Source of the DNA: Deinococcota bacterium
GTDB lineage: Bacteria; Deinococcota; Deinococci; Deinococcales; Thermaceae
Assembly (NCBI GenBank): GCA_041695225.1
Contig: JBGFRI010000010.1
Span: 1-50,402 of the forward strand
Length of the DNA stretch: 50,402 bases
Reading direction: 5' to 3'
Shown here: positions 1 through 10,546 of the stretch, in pieces
Numbering within the stretch: the first letter of the stretch is position 1
How the letters are laid out: every line of letters starts with the position of its first letter
Made by a program: the position numbers and the translations under genes
The notes under the pieces: generated by a model
The model's database searches: none
Seen by the model: only the letters and a program-made list of their open reading frames with translations
What the model was told of the DNA's origin: nothing

Positions 1-292
1 TGGGCAAAGCCATAACTGGCAACGTTCGTAGCAACAGCTACGCTCTGGCTGCTTAAGTCAGCCACGTTCTTCAGAAGCCCAGCCGATGGCGTGCTGAACG
101 AACGACCTAAAGTCGGCTAGCCTTAGGCAAGGTTCCGTAGCCAAAGGCGAATGTGCCCTCGGCGCGAACGGTACTGGGTCTGTGGCCGTTGTTGGTGGCG
201 AAACCACAGATGACGATCAATCGCCAACTACACACGTAGAAGTCTGCTGGATGATTCTTTGGACAGGGGTTCGACTCCCCTCGCCTCCACCA
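1..292 (+). ncRNA. ssrA: tmRNA, 5' part outside window; tag ORF GNVRSNSYALAA* at 18-56
   Basis: Resume context ATAACT-GGC, tag ending YALAA-TAA, tRNA-like 3' end GGACAGGGGTTCGACTCCCCTCGCCTCCACCA ending at 292. Confidence 0.97.
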
Positions 293-295
293 GAG

Positions 296-324
296 TCCGC
301 TCGACCAGCTCGAGCGGGTTTTTT
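296..324 (+). terminator. Intrinsic terminator after ssrA
   Basis: CCGCTCGA-ccagc-TCGAGCGG stem followed by GTTTTTT. Confidence 0.85.
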
Positions 325-416
325 CTTTTCATCAGCAAGCCATCAGGCCGTGCAACCTCAACTGGTCTGCAACGTCGCTCGCATTCGCCGGGTGCAAAAC
401 CATCCATAATAAAACT

Positions 417-2585
417 GTGCTGATCTGGCTTCGAGCTCTGATTATTGCGCTGTTGTTGCTGGCTATCTGGGGGCCAAGCCTGCCCCTGCTGCCAGTGCGA
501 ACGGTTGTCTTGCTCGATCAGAGCCCCTCAGCCAGGGATTCTGTCTGGCAGGCTGCCGACCAGATAAACCTGCCCGGAGCGCGGTATGTGGCTTTTGCCA
601 GCGGGGCAGTGCAGGTTGCCAGCCCTACAGCCCGCAGGCTGGATTTGGGCGAGAGCACCAACCTTTCGCAAGCCCTAACAAAAGCGCAACAACTAAGCCC
701 CGACCAGATTGTGCTGCTGTCCGATGGGCTTTTTCAGGATCGGGCCCAGCCTACTGGTGTGCCAATTTACAGCCTTTACAAGCCACCCAGCCCCCATGTT
801 GCCATATCGCTGACTGGCCCGGCCCTGCCCAGCCAGGGCGAGACGATCGAGGTGCGGGCCATAATAGAATCCACCGCTCAGGTGCAGGCCAGGCTGATCC
901 TGAACGGCCCGGCCGGGCAGGTCTCGCGCGAACTCGAGATAGAGCCGGGGCGTAGCAGCCTGGGGTACCGTTTTTTGCTGGAAGGCCAGTCTACTGTAAC
1001 CGCCCGGCTGGAAAGCCCGCTAGGAGCGCAGCAGGCCAGGCTCGAGCTGGCCCCCGCCGATACCAACCGGGTCTGGGTACTGGGCGATGCTGCCCTGGCA
1101 AGCTACCTGAGGGCCCAGGGCTTTGCGGTGGAAGAGCGGCAGGAGATCACCCTGCCCATTCAGGCCGAGGTAGTGGCCCTGGGGGTGGGGGCATACCAGT
1201 TGTCGGGTGCCGAGCTGGATGCGCTACAGAGCTTTCTGAATCAGGGGGGCAGCGTGCTCTGGACCGCAACGCCCCAGGGGCTGTTTTTTGGCGGATGGGA
1301 GCGCACCACCCTGGCCTCGAGCCTGCCCGTTGAACCGGTGGACAAACCTGGCGGGGTAGCGATGGTGCTGGTGATGGATGTTTCCGGCAGCATGATTCCC
1401 GAAAACAAGCTGGGGCTGGCAGTCACGGGCGCAATTGAACTAATTCGCTCGGCGCGGTCTCAGGACTATATCGGAGTGGTGATCTTTTCCGACCGCGCCC
1501 GCTGGCTTTTTCGCCCCCGCCCCATGACCGAACAAGGCCGCATGGAGGCCGAAAGCCTGCTGCTCTCGGTAAGAGCAGGAGGCGGAACCAGGGTAAGTCG
1601 GGCCTACAGCGAGGCCCTGGCAGCCCTTCAGGGGATACCAGCTACCTCTAAACAGGTAATTGTCATGAGCGATGGCATTGCCCAGGACGTGACCCCAGCT
1701 ATTTTTGAGGCCGCCCGCGCTGCCGCTCCTGCTATCAAGACCAGCACCGTGGCTATTGGCTCCGATGCAGACACCGGTTTTTTGCGCGAACTAGCCCAGG
1801 CCGGCCTCGGTAGCTTCTGGGATGTACGCAACCCCCAGGAACTTCCCCGCTTTTTTATAGAAGAGGCCCAGAGAGCATTTAAACGCGAGGCTCTGGAGGG
1901 AAGCTTTGCCGTCTCGGTACGGCCCCATCCCATAACCCGGAACCAGAGCCCGCCCCCGCTCTCGGTTCTGCTGCCGGCCAGAACCAAGCCCTGGGCCCAG
2001 ACCGTGCTGGGCTCTGGTGAGGGTACCGTACTGGCAGTGGGGGAGAGCGGCCGGGGGCGGGTGGCCGCGCTAACAACCGACCTATCGCGCTCGTGGCAAG
2101 GCTGGCGCGACACCCCGGCGCTCTTGGGGCAGCTAGTGCGCTGGCTCTCGCAGACCCCGGCCCGCCCCAGGGTGCAGGCGGTGCGCGAGCCGGGGCTTGT
2201 GCGGGTGCTGCTCGAGGGCCAGTTCGAGCGGCCCAGCCTGCGGGCAGCTGGACAGGAACAGCGGTTTGCGCCCATCGGCCCGCTACGCTTTGAGGCTGTG
2301 CTGCCCCCAGAGGTAGCTGGACAGGCGGTGGTTCTGGAGAGGGATCAGCCGCGGCTTCGGCTAGAGCTGCCCACCCTGTCTGAGTGGCGTTTAGAAGACG
2401 GCCGGGAGAACCTGCGCCGACTGTCTGAGGCCAGCGGCGGGCGTCTACTGAGCGACGCGGCGGAGCTTCAAACGCTAGAGCAGTTCAAAGCTTTAAGCCT
2501 GCAACTGCCGCTGATCGCGCTAGCGCTGGGTTTGTTTCTGCTCGAGCGTTATTTAGAGCGCAGACGAGGCCATCACACGGGATAA
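417..2585 (+). CDS. Membrane-anchored VWA-domain protein
   Basis: 722 aa; N- and C-terminal hydrophobic helices; MIDAS-like DQSPS and DVSGSM, GGGT, SDG motifs. Confidence 0.85.
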   Translation: MLIWLRALIIALLLLAIWGPSLPLLPVRTVVLLDQSPSARDSVWQAADQINLPGARYVAFASGAVQVASPTARRLDLGESTNLSQALTKAQQLSPDQIVLLSDGLFQDRAQPTGVPIYSLYKPPSPHVAISLTGPALPSQGETIEVRAIIESTAQVQARLILNGPAGQVSRELEIEPGRSSLGYRFLLEGQSTVTARLESPLGAQQARLELAPADTNRVWVLGDAALASYLRAQGFAVEERQEITLPIQAEVVALGVGAYQLSGAELDALQSFLNQGGSVLWTATPQGLFFGGWERTTLASSLPVEPVDKPGGVAMVLVMDVSGSMIPENKLGLAVTGAIELIRSARSQDYIGVVIFSDRARWLFRPRPMTEQGRMEAESLLLSVRAGGGTRVSRAYSEALAALQGIPATSKQVIVMSDGIAQDVTPAIFEAARAAAPAIKTSTVAIGSDADTGFLRELAQAGLGSFWDVRNPQELPRFFIEEAQRAFKREALEGSFAVSVRPHPITRNQSPPPLSVLLPARTKPWAQTVLGSGEGTVLAVGESGRGRVAALTTDLSRSWQGWRDTPALLGQLVRWLSQTPARPRVQAVREPGLVRVLLEGQFERPSLRAAGQEQRFAPIGPLRFEAVLPPEVAGQAVVLERDQPRLRLELPTLSEWRLEDGRENLRRLSEASGGRLLSDAAELQTLEQFKALSLQLPLIALALGLFLLERYLERRRGHHTG

Positions 2586-2682
2586 ATGAGCTGTCGGTAG
2601 TTCAAAGCAAGCTCGCGCCCTCCCGACCTGGAATTGTTGAAAAAGGCTTGACTTTAGCCCAGATAGCGGTAGTGTTGACGAG

Positions 2683-4629
2683 GTGCGACTTTACTTACTG
2701 CTAACAGGGCTTTTGTTGGCAGGGTGCTCCTCGCAGAAGGCCTTGCTACCAGGGCCTGCCGGCTCCATTCCTAGCGAAGTGGTGATGGAGGGCCTCGAGG
2801 GAAGCCTGCCTTTGCGGGTTGGTTCCAACATCGCCTGGCGAATTGAGTCTCAGAGCAGTTGGTTGACGGCAACACCGCAGAGCGGCCTGGGCCCCAGGGT
2901 GGTGCAGCTAAGGGCCCATTTTTCCGGCCAAACCCCCAACCAGCCAGATTACCTGGGTAGCCTCAGCGTTACCGGTGACCTACAGACCACCATCACCGTG
3001 CGGCTGCCGCTTACCAGAGTGGTAGGTTCAATTACCGACGGACTGAGCGCATCAGTGGCTGGAGGTGTTACCCCCCTACTCCATTCCCCAACTGTCCAGA
3101 CCTTTGCGGCTAACCTCCCGGGATCATCCGGGCTACGTCAATACGTCAGCCAGGCTCGAGCTGAAATCCTGGTCAAGTATCGCACCGACTTACGCAATAC
3201 CCACCTTCCACAGGGTAGCCGGGTATTGTCCCACGACCGCGTCAGCCGCATAACCAGGCTCGAGTCGTCTAACCCCCAGGCCCTGCTAGACCGGCTGCGG
3301 CTAGACCCCAGCGTGGAATGGGCCGAGATCAACGGAACCGTGAGCGCCCAGGGCGAGCCCACCGATGAACATTATCTTCTCCAGTGGTATTTGCGCAGCA
3401 CCGGGGCCCGCTTCACCTATCTGCAACGTACGTACAGCACTCCTATCACTGTAGCCGTGGTGGATACCGGGGTGCGCTACGACCACCCCGACCTGGCCGG
3501 GCGGTTATGGCTGCCGGGTGAGGGCGCCTGGGATTTTGTAGGCGATTCGGCCAACCCGGCTGATCCTTGTGGCGATCCAGACCCTCGCACCCCAGGCGAC
3601 AACGATCCTACAGACCCCTGCGATCTCCTTTCCCCCTCCAGTGGCAGTCACGGCACCCATGTGACCGGAATCATCGCTGCAAACAGCGGCACCTTTATCC
3701 CCGCCTGTCCCACCTGCACCGACTCGGGCATAGTCGGCATGGCTCACAATGCTTCCATCAAGGTACTGCCCCTGCGGGTGTTGGACTCGAGGGGCTCTGG
3801 CACCTTTGAGGACGTTGCACTGGCCATTCGCTATGCAGCAGGCATACCGGTGGGGAAGGCGGGTCAGCTTCTGGAAAACCCCCGGCCGGCCCGGGTGATC
3901 AATCTCTCACTGGGTGGGGGTTTTTCACATGCAATGTGTGAGGCGGTTGCCGATGTTGTAGCCAGGGGTGTGCTGGTAGTAGCAGCAGCGGGTAATTTCC
4001 AGGAACAAAGCCCCGGCGCGATGGTCTATCCCGCAGCCTGTCCCGGAGCCATCTCGGTGGCAGCCACTACCCAGAACCATCAGGTGGCATTTTACAGCCA
4101 GCAGAACAGCGAGGTGGACATCGCCGCACCGGGAGGTGATGCTGCTGCAGGCGGTATCCTCTCGACCACCTGGAACTTCACCGCCAACCAGCCCAACTAC
4201 ACCTTCTACATGGGCACTTCCCAGGCCACGCCTCAGGTCGCGGCGGCGCTGGCGATGTTACTGTCCAGTGGTAAGCCCGCCGATGCTGCACAGGCCTGGA
4301 ACCTGCTACGGTCCAGCCTTACCGATCTGGGCCCACCAGGCCGCGACGATGCCTACGGACATGGCCTGCTCAACCTGCCGGGGGCTTTTGGCTGGACACT
4401 CCCCAGGGGTGGCTTTCTGGCAGACTTCGGCGGCCCCAGCCCAAGGCGAGTACCTGCGCCTGATGGAAGATTCGAGGCCTTTCTGGTGCCAGGGCGGTAT
4501 CTGGTTAGGGCCTGTCGCGACGACTCGGGTAATCATCTCTGCGATATGGGTGAGCCGATAGACGAGCGAGAGGTGCAGGTGAGCGGCGGAAACAGCCTGG
4601 ACCTGGGGATGATTTTGGTGGGGCCGTAG
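2683..4629 (+). CDS. S8 (subtilisin-like) serine protease lipoprotein with N-terminal BACON-like domain
   Basis: Lipobox LLAGC; triad motifs VDTG, HGTHVTG, GTSQATP; oxyanion AAAGN. Confidence 0.93.
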   Translation: MRLYLLLTGLLLAGCSSQKALLPGPAGSIPSEVVMEGLEGSLPLRVGSNIAWRIESQSSWLTATPQSGLGPRVVQLRAHFSGQTPNQPDYLGSLSVTGDLQTTITVRLPLTRVVGSITDGLSASVAGGVTPLLHSPTVQTFAANLPGSSGLRQYVSQARAEILVKYRTDLRNTHLPQGSRVLSHDRVSRITRLESSNPQALLDRLRLDPSVEWAEINGTVSAQGEPTDEHYLLQWYLRSTGARFTYLQRTYSTPITVAVVDTGVRYDHPDLAGRLWLPGEGAWDFVGDSANPADPCGDPDPRTPGDNDPTDPCDLLSPSSGSHGTHVTGIIAANSGTFIPACPTCTDSGIVGMAHNASIKVLPLRVLDSRGSGTFEDVALAIRYAAGIPVGKAGQLLENPRPARVINLSLGGGFSHAMCEAVADVVARGVLVVAAAGNFQEQSPGAMVYPAACPGAISVAATTQNHQVAFYSQQNSEVDIAAPGGDAAAGGILSTTWNFTANQPNYTFYMGTSQATPQVAAALAMLLSSGKPADAAQAWNLLRSSLTDLGPPGRDDAYGHGLLNLPGAFGWTLPRGGFLADFGGPSPRRVPAPDGRFEAFLVPGRYLVRACRDDSGNHLCDMGEPIDEREVQVSGGNSLDLGMILVGP

Positions 4630-4669
4630 CCTGGACTTGTCCGGTTTGATGGCCAAGAACGGGCGTCCT

Positions 4670-5086
4670 TCACATAAACACCGAGGGCTCAACCCCGAAA
4701 AAGTTAGCCAGGGCTCGAGTTTGAGCTAGGGTCAGCCTGCGCTTGCCTCGTAGAACCTGGCTCAGGTTGCTCTGGTAGATGCCGGTGGCCCTGGCCAGTG
4801 CACTTTGATTCACGCCTTTTTGTTCCATCAGGAAAACCAGCACCTGGTGGGCTGGGGCGCTGGGAATGGGGCTCGCTCGGTTCTCGTAGGCGCTGATCCT
4901 CTCAGAGAGCAGGGTGAATAGGCTGCCATAAGGGGAGTCGGGGTTTTCGCCCACCCTGGGCCAGACCGCCTCGAGTAACTCCAGTGCAGCCTGGTACTGT
5001 GACTCGGTTTCGATGGGAACCAGGTAATCACGAGCAACATTATCGAGCTGCTCCCACTTATCTAAAACCTTATCCAGTATGGGCAT
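4670..5086 (-). CDS. higA: HigA-like HTH antitoxin, 138 aa
   Basis: ATG at 5086 preceded by GAGGAG; C-terminal Cro/XRE HTH (VNQSALARATGIYQSNLSQVLRGKRRLT); follows higB fragment. Confidence 0.85.
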   Translation of the reverse strand: MPILDKVLDKWEQLDNVARDYLVPIETESQYQAALELLEAVWPRVGENPDSPYGSLFTLLSERISAYENRASPIPSAPAHQVLVFLMEQKGVNQSALARATGIYQSNLSQVLRGKRRLTLAQTRALANFFGVEPSVFM

Positions 5087-5096
5087 GCTTGCTCCT

Positions 5097-5243
5097 CTAG
5101 GGCTTCCAGCGTTCATACTCCTGGTGGGTGAAGACTTGCTTGATCCAAAAAGTCTTGTAGGTGAAATTGACCCGGGTGATCACGCGATAGTTGTTGCCTC
5201 TAACATTGAAAACAACGTAGTCGGGCTGCACCCAGTCTGCCGA
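5097..5243 (-). pseudogene. higB: C-terminal 48 aa of a HigB/RelE-type toxin; N-terminal half missing
   Basis: Manual translation SADWVQPDYVVFNVRGNNYRVITRVNFTYKTFWIKQVFTHQEYERWKP*; matches HigB pattern SAD..VFN..GN.YR....TH.EY; in-frame stop about 10 codons upstream inside a repeat array. Confidence 0.85.
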
Positions 5244-5255
5244 TAAGGCGCGAAC

Positions 5256-5339
5256 GCCAATAGCCAATCGCTAAGCGTGATAGCCAAACCCAATAGCCTT
5301 TGCTGCTGCCTATTCGCTATTAGCTATTCGCTATCAGCA
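5256..5339. repeat. Heptamer array, inverted arms (CAATAGC-type then GCTATT/GCTATC-type)
   Basis: ccaatagccaatcg...tgatagcc...caatagcc followed by gcctattcgctattagctattcgctatcagc. Confidence 0.75.
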
Positions 5340-5372
5340 GGCGCGAGCGTCAAAAGATATAGCAAAAAGCGC

Positions 5373-8156
5373 CTAGGCCTCCCCGCCAAAATACTCCGGC
5401 AACTGGTCGCGGGTAATCAGCACCTCCCTGGGCTTGCTGCCCTGGTGGGGCCCCACGATGCCCATAGCTTCCAGGGCGTCTACCAGCTTGCCCGCCCGGG
5501 CGTGCCCCACCGAGAGGCGTCGCTGCAACCTCGAGACCGAGGCGTAGCCCTCCTCAATCACGATCTCGGCGGCCTTTTTGAGCAGGGGGTCGCCAAAATC
5601 AATGTCGCCGGCATCCCCCGGCGCCCCGCTGCCCAGGTGCAGCGGACCTTCAAAATCGGTACGGTACTTTTCGGCGAAGACATCCTCGAAGCTCTGTTCG
5701 CGCAGGAAGGTAGCGATGCGGTGCACCTCGGGCTCGGAGAGGAAGGGGCCTTGAAGGCGCACCGGTTTTGGCAGGCCGGGCTGGTGGTAGAGCATGTCAC
5801 CCTGTCCCACCAACCGCTCGGCCCCATAGGTATCCAGGATGGTGCGGGAGTCGAACCCCGACGAGACCGCAAAGGCCATGCGGGCCGGAACATTTACCTT
5901 AATCAGGCTGGTGAGAATGTCCACCGAGGGGCGCTGGGTGGCCAGAATCAGGTGCATGCCGGTGGCGCGGGCCATCTGGGCCAGGCGCAGGATGGCCTGC
6001 TCGACCTCTTTTGGAGCGGTGATCATCAGGTCGGCCAGCTCGTCAATCACTATGACCAGATAAGGCAGGGTCGGGTCGCCAGTGGACTTCATCTTCTGGT
6101 TGAACTGCTCGAGGTTTCTGGCCCCTGCCTGGCTCATCATCTTGTAGCGGCGCTCCATATGGGCCACCGCCCCCAGCAAAACCCCGGCTGCGTCGGCGGG
6201 GTTGGTGACCACCGGCCGCACCAGATGGGGAATGCCCTCATAGGGGGTAAGCTCGACCATCTTGGGGTCAATCATCAAAAAGCGCAGGTCGGTGGGCAGG
6301 TATTTGAACAGCAGACTGACAATCAGGGTGTTCACCGCCACCGACTTGCCCGAGCCGGTTGAGCCTGCAATCAGCAGGTGGGGCATCCGGGCCAGGTCTT
6401 TGACCCAGGTATCGCCGTCAATGCTTCTGCCCAGCACCATGGGCAGGGTGTCTTTGGAACGGGTGAAGGCAGGGCTCTGGATAGCTTCACTGTAGCGCAC
6501 CAGCTCGCGCTCGGCATTGGGTACTTCCAGGCCGATTACGCTCTTGCCAGGTATGGGCGCTTCGATTCGCACCGAGCCAGCGGCCAGGGCCAGGGCCAGG
6601 TCGTTGTGCAGGTTCTGAACCCGGCTGATTTTTTCGCCAGGAGCGGGCTCGAGCTCGAATCGGGTTACGGTGGGGCCCCTAGACCAGCTCACTACCCTGG
6701 CCTCCACCCCGTGGTGCTGCAGGGTGTTGTTGATGTGCTCCACCTGCCGCCGGGTGATGGTTTCCAGGGATCTGGGGTCGTAACGCGGGGCCTCGGGCTT
6801 GTCCAGCAGATCGAAGCTGGGCAGGACTAAGGTGGTGGAGTGTCTGACCGGTGAGCTGGGCCCTGGCGCGGCGCTCTTGGATGACTTGCCGGCTTTGGGC
6901 TTGTCGGAGGGGGACGTGGTTTTGCTGGCGGCCCCTACCTTGTCTGGTTCGGGGAATATGAAGTCGAAGTCGAGCAAAGGTTCGGTGGGGGGCCTGGCAG
7001 TCGCTACGGCAAAAGCGGGGGGTTCGGCGCTCAGGCCCTTTTCGAGCAGACCCCGCAGCCCCGCAGGGTGGGCCTCTAGGGGGGCCGACTCCACCCATTC
7101 GGCCCAGCGCAGCCAGCTGTCTACCCGCTCTTCCAGTCCCAGGGTAAGCTCTTCCGATTCCTGCCAGCTTCTCAGGCGGCGCTGGTGCTGGTCAAGCGCC
7201 TCGAGCAAGGCCCTGGCCGTAGCGGGGCTGCTCAGGTTTTTAGCGGCGGTCTCGGCCTGACGCGTGAGGGCCTGAGTTTTGGTCAACATGGCGCCAATTT
7301 CCAGCACCAGTGCGGTACGGCGCTCCTCCAGGGTCTGGGCCAGCCCTTCGCCCTTCAGGGGCGCTGCCAGCGCTGCTGCAAGTCGTTCCAGACGTGACGG
7401 TAGGGGCCTGGGCTCCATCGCCAGCTTTCCGACTAGCTCCTTGGCCCGCTCGGTTTTGAATTCGTCCAGCAACTTGGCAAGACCTACAATGGCCTGGTCG
7501 TCCTCAGGTCTCCGGCGAAAGGCTTTGAGATCGTCTTGCAGGGTGCTCAGTGTCTTGTGCTCGGGATAGCGCTCGACCAGGGCCTGGGCTTCGCGCTGGA
7601 GCCTGGCTGCCACCTGCGAAAGGGCATAGGAGTGGTGCAGCCGCTCTGCCGCTATCACCACCCTGCGAGCAGCTTTGGTGATCAGGAACCCTGGTCGCTG
7701 GCGCAGAGCCATATCGGCCACAAAGCTGATGGCCAGCAACGGAATTAGCAGGCCGATACTGCCCAGATAACCCACCAGCAAGGTATGGAGCGCGCTGCCC
7801 ACGGCACCTCCCAGCGGCGGCGAGGCATGCGCTACTAGCGGCAGACTAAACAAACCCCCAAGCGCAGCGATGGCGACGGCTCTAACAAACCCACCCACGG
7901 GGCGGTCCAGCAGCAGCCAGACCCCCAACAGGGCCAGGGTGGGCGGAACTAACCAGGCCAGATACCCCAGGCTGCCCCAGAAAAAGCCCTGAACTGTGCT
8001 GCCGAGTTGCCCGGCCAGGTTGGAACCAAAATAGATGGCGGCTGCCAGCAGAACCGACATGCCCAGCACCAGCAGCGAAAGAGCCTCGAGGTCGCGCCTG
8101 CGCTCCACTGGGGAGGCCTTACTGGCTTTATCGCCTTTGAATCTGCCCTTTGCCAT
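5373..8156 (-). CDS. ftsK: DNA translocase FtsK/SpoIIIE
   Basis: N-terminal TM helices, [14 protein letters not shown]alker [18 protein letters not shown], gamma domain [17 protein letters not shown]. Confidence 0.97.
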   Translation of the reverse strand: MAKGRFKGDKASKASPVERRRDLEALSLLVLGMSVLLAAAIYFGSNLAGQLGSTVQGFFWGSLGYLAWLVPPTLALLGVWLLLDRPVGGFVRAVAIAALGGLFSLPLVAHASPPLGGAVGSALHTLLVGYLGSIGLLIPLLAISFVADMALRQRPGFLITKAARRVVIAAERLHHSYALSQVAARLQREAQALVERYPEHKTLSTLQDDLKAFRRRPEDDQAIVGLAKLLDEFKTERAKELVGKLAMEPRPLPSRLERLAAALAAPLKGEGLAQTLEERRTALVLEIGAMLTKTQALTRQAETAAKNLSSPATARALLEALDQHQRRLRSWQESEELTLGLEERVDSWLRWAEWVESAPLEAHPAGLRGLLEKGLSAEPPAFAVATARPPTEPLLDFDFIFPEPDKVGAASKTTSPSDKPKAGKSSKSAAPGPSSPVRHSTTLVLPSFDLLDKPEAPRYDPRSLETITRRQVEHINNTLQHHGVEARVVSWSRGPTVTRFELEPAPGEKISRVQNLHNDLALALAAGSVRIEAPIPGKSVIGLEVPNAERELVRYSEAIQSPAFTRSKDTLPMVLGRSIDGDTWVKDLARMPHLLIAGSTGSGKSVAVNTLIVSLLFKYLPTDLRFLMIDPKMVELTPYEGIPHLVRPVVTNPADAAGVLLGAVAHMERRYKMMSQAGARNLEQFNQKMKSTGDPTLPYLVIVIDELADLMITAPKEVEQAILRLAQMARATGMHLILATQRPSVDILTSLIKVNVPARMAFAVSSGFDSRTILDTYGAERLVGQGDMLYHQPGLPKPVRLQGPFLSEPEVHRIATFLREQSFEDVFAEKYRTDFEGPLHLGSGAPGDAGDIDFGDPLLKKAAEIVIEEGYASVSRLQRRLSVGHARAGKLVDALEAMGIVGPHQGSKPREVLITRDQLPEYFGGEA

Positions 8157-8327
8157 CGTTTACGATTCTAACATATCGCCAATTAAACCAGGCCCTGACA
8201 ATAAACCAACCGATGGGCGCTGCAGGCTGAGATACCGTAAGAGGCTGGTGAGTCTTGGCGAACGACCTTGGCCACCAGTAACAAGCGCGGGCATTTCAGA
8301 GCCCACGCCTGTTGTTGTTTTCGTCTG

Positions 8328-8822
8328 CTATTGCCGGGGCAGGGCGCGAATTATGGCCTCGGTGATATCGAGTTCCTCGGCGGCATAGACTACCAGGCCG
8401 CTGTTGGCCGCAACCTGCTTGTCCAGCACAATGGCGAAGCCCTGTTGCTGGGCTACCCGCGCGATCACCTGATCAATCTCCTCGGTGATGGGCCGCAGAA
8501 CGGCATTGCTGCGCTCTGTCCACCTGCGTCCAGCCTCCTGCAGGCTCTGGGCCAGTACCCGGTAGTCCTGCTGCTCGCGCGCGGTAGCGGTTCCGGCTCG
8601 CAGCTTGGCCTCGAGTGGTTGAAGCTGTTCGCGAATGGGCCTCAGCTCGCGTTCGGCCTGGGTACGCACTTCCTGTACTCGTCTGAAGTCCCGGTGGGCT
8701 TGCACTATTCTTTCGGCATCCACATAGCCAATTCGGGTAGGAACCGGCCGGTTTTGTGCCACCAGCGAGCCACCCAACAGCAAACCTGCCACCACTATGA
8801 AAAACAACCAGTTTCTGCTCAT
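8328..8822 (-). CDS. OmpH/Skp family periplasmic chaperone
   Basis: Signal peptide, RIGYVD, coiled coil, GFAIVLD. Confidence 0.9.
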   Translation of the reverse strand: MSRNWLFFIVVAGLLLGGSLVAQNRPVPTRIGYVDAERIVQAHRDFRRVQEVRTQAERELRPIREQLQPLEAKLRAGTATAREQQDYRVLAQSLQEAGRRWTERSNAVLRPITEEIDQVIARVAQQQGFAIVLDKQVAANSGLVVYAAEELDITEAIIRALPRQ

Positions 8823-8834
8823 TATCTCACTCCA

Positions 8835-9326
8835 TTACCTGGGCAAAGCCCCAACGATAGCCCGGGTGATATCCAGCTCAGCCGCAGCATAAACCACCAG
8901 ACCACTCCTGGCCGCAACTTCCCGATCGAGCACTACGGCAAACCCCTGCTCCTGGGCAAATTTGTCAACAAGCCGGTCAATCTCCTGGGTGATGGGTCGA
9001 AGGGCTGTGCTGTGTTGATCAGACCACTTCCTGCTCGCTTCCTGGAAGCCCTGCAACAAAACGCGGTAGTTTTGTTGTTCCTGGGCGGTTGCGTTGCCGG
9101 AGCGAATTTTGCTTTCCAGAGATTGAATCTGCTCACGCAGGGGCTCGAGTTCGGCCTCGGCTTTAGCCTGCAACTCCTTTACCCGTACAAATTGTGGGTG
9201 CGCTTCAACCACCGTGCGGGCGTCGAGGTAGCCCACTCTGGCTGGGGTGGGTCTGTCCTGTGCAGCCAACAGGCCGCTCAACAGCAGTGCTGCCAGAGTG
9301 GCCGCAAGGAGCAAAAAACGCCGCAT
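8835..9326 (-). CDS. OmpH/Skp family periplasmic chaperone, tandem paralogue (GTG at 9335 is an alternative start)
   Basis: Signal peptide, RVGYLD, GFAVVLD; visibly similar to neighbour. Confidence 0.88.
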   Translation of the reverse strand: MRRFLLLAATLAALLLSGLLAAQDRPTPARVGYLDARTVVEAHPQFVRVKELQAKAEAELEPLREQIQSLESKIRSGNATAQEQQNYRVLLQGFQEASRKWSDQHSTALRPITQEIDRLVDKFAQEQGFAVVLDREVAARSGLVVYAAAELDITRAIVGALPR

Positions 9327-9448
9327 ACGAGCCACACTGTAATAGCAAGCCCTTAGCGTCGTGTGAGAGTAAACCCACTAGCCATTTAGCCCAGGCTGGG
9401 CTATGGTATCCCCTGTGAGGTCTGAGACCTCAAAATCTGAGGTGAGTC

Positions 9449-9886
9449 ATGAAACGTCTACCTATCGTGGTCATTCTGCTGTTGCTGGTTTTTGCTTCGA
9501 CCGGTTTCGCCCAAAGAGCCTTTCAGCTTCGCATCTCGGTGCCTGAGCCCACCCTGGGTGTTGGTCTTGAGGCCGGCCTTCAGCGCGGTCTGGTTGCCCT
9601 GATTTATGGTGACGTTCGGTTTGTTGGCCCTCGGTTTTTGTTGGGTGGCGAGGTGCTCTTCAAACCCGATCTGGGCCAGTTTGACCGCGATCTGCGCGGT
9701 ATCAAGCCCTACTTTGGGGGCGGCCTGGGCCTGGAACTACCCAGGGCCGACTTTGCCCTGACCCTGAATGCCGGTGTCGAGTTCGCTTTGGACCAAAACA
9801 CGGGGTTGTTCATTGGGGGTCAGAGTATCTTTCCCTTCAATGCCCCGTCCTGGGGCAGGGTAGTGTTCGGGGCGAGTCTCCGCTAG
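9449..9886 (+). CDS. Small outer-membrane beta-barrel-like protein
   Basis: Signal peptide; alternating beta strands, PYFGGGLG and LNAGVEF motifs; RBS GAGGTG. Confidence 0.7.
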   Translation: MKRLPIVVILLLLVFASTGFAQRAFQLRISVPEPTLGVGLEAGLQRGLVALIYGDVRFVGPRFLLGGEVLFKPDLGQFDRDLRGIKPYFGGGLGLELPRADFALTLNAGVEFALDQNTGLFIGGQSIFPFNAPSWGRVVFGASLR

Positions 9887-9918
9887 CGGCGCAACCTCGC
9901 TGTCGGGTTGTTCTGTAT

Positions 9919-10085
9919 GGTGAAGACGCGGGAAAGTTAGAGTGTCAGGGGGCTGGTACCGACTTTATGCCGATGACCAGCCCTCACTCGTCTTAGGTTT
10001 GCCTCTAGGCGCGACAGCCCAGGAACATATAAAACGCTGCCGTTGTCCTTAGTCATGGGACAAGAGCTGGGCTGGTGTCTTCACA
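9919..10085 (-). ncRNA. Candidate multi-stem structured RNA or MITE-like element
   Basis: Closing inverted repeat GTGAAGAC/GTCTTCAC enclosing several hairpins; internal G-U pairs mostly favour the minus strand. Confidence 0.3.
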
Positions 10086-10142
10086 TCTCCTTCTAATACA
10101 AAGTTCCTGCAGATAAGCATCGTTCCGCAGGGGTTGTGTTAC

Positions 10143-10370
10143 TCCGACAGCCCTTCGGCAGCCCTTCGGCAGGCTCTGGGCAAGCCCTGCGGGCTTAGTC
10201 GCAGGGGTCGGAATCCAGATCACTCCGGCGGCTGATGGACTTTATGACCCTCTCCTGAATTGCTTCGTCGGCCAGGGGCCTCCTCGCAACGACGGGGGGT
10301 GTGGCCGGTGGGCTTGACGACCCTCTCCTGGAGACGACCCTCTCCTGGATAGGTTAATCATCCGCATCCT
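10143..10370. repeat. Mosaic of REP-like palindromes (CCCTTCGGCAGGCTC.GGG type, ATTGCTTCG...TCGCAACGAC type, GACCCTCTCCTG x3)
   Basis: Segments recur at 24037-24175, 36632-36705 and 47811-47903. Confidence 0.75.
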
Positions 10371-10546
10371 CGCTCAATTAGTCACCCCACGCTATGCCTA
10401 GGTCGGCCTGCTGCCTCTGAGCAATGATGACTCCACCAGATAGCATGAATACTGTCTATGCGCGGGGAGCAGGGGAGGGGAGCTATATGACTTGGTGAGA
10501 GTAAAAACTTTAGGATTCAAACTCTATAACCCGAACAGGGCAGGTT

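Noticed and set aside
182..409. 75-aa ORF
   Set aside because: Overlaps the tmRNA 3' end and its terminator
260..2585. Genomic island integrated at the tmRNA 3' end
   Set aside because: A terminator and ordinary genes follow; no integrase and no duplicated ssrA 3' end seen in the window
5277..6362. 361-aa plus-strand ORF and similar long antisense ORFs (8268-9356, 13402-14454, 16387-17238, 34714-35454)
   Set aside because: Shadow frames opposite well-supported genes in GC-rich DNA; no recognisable motifs
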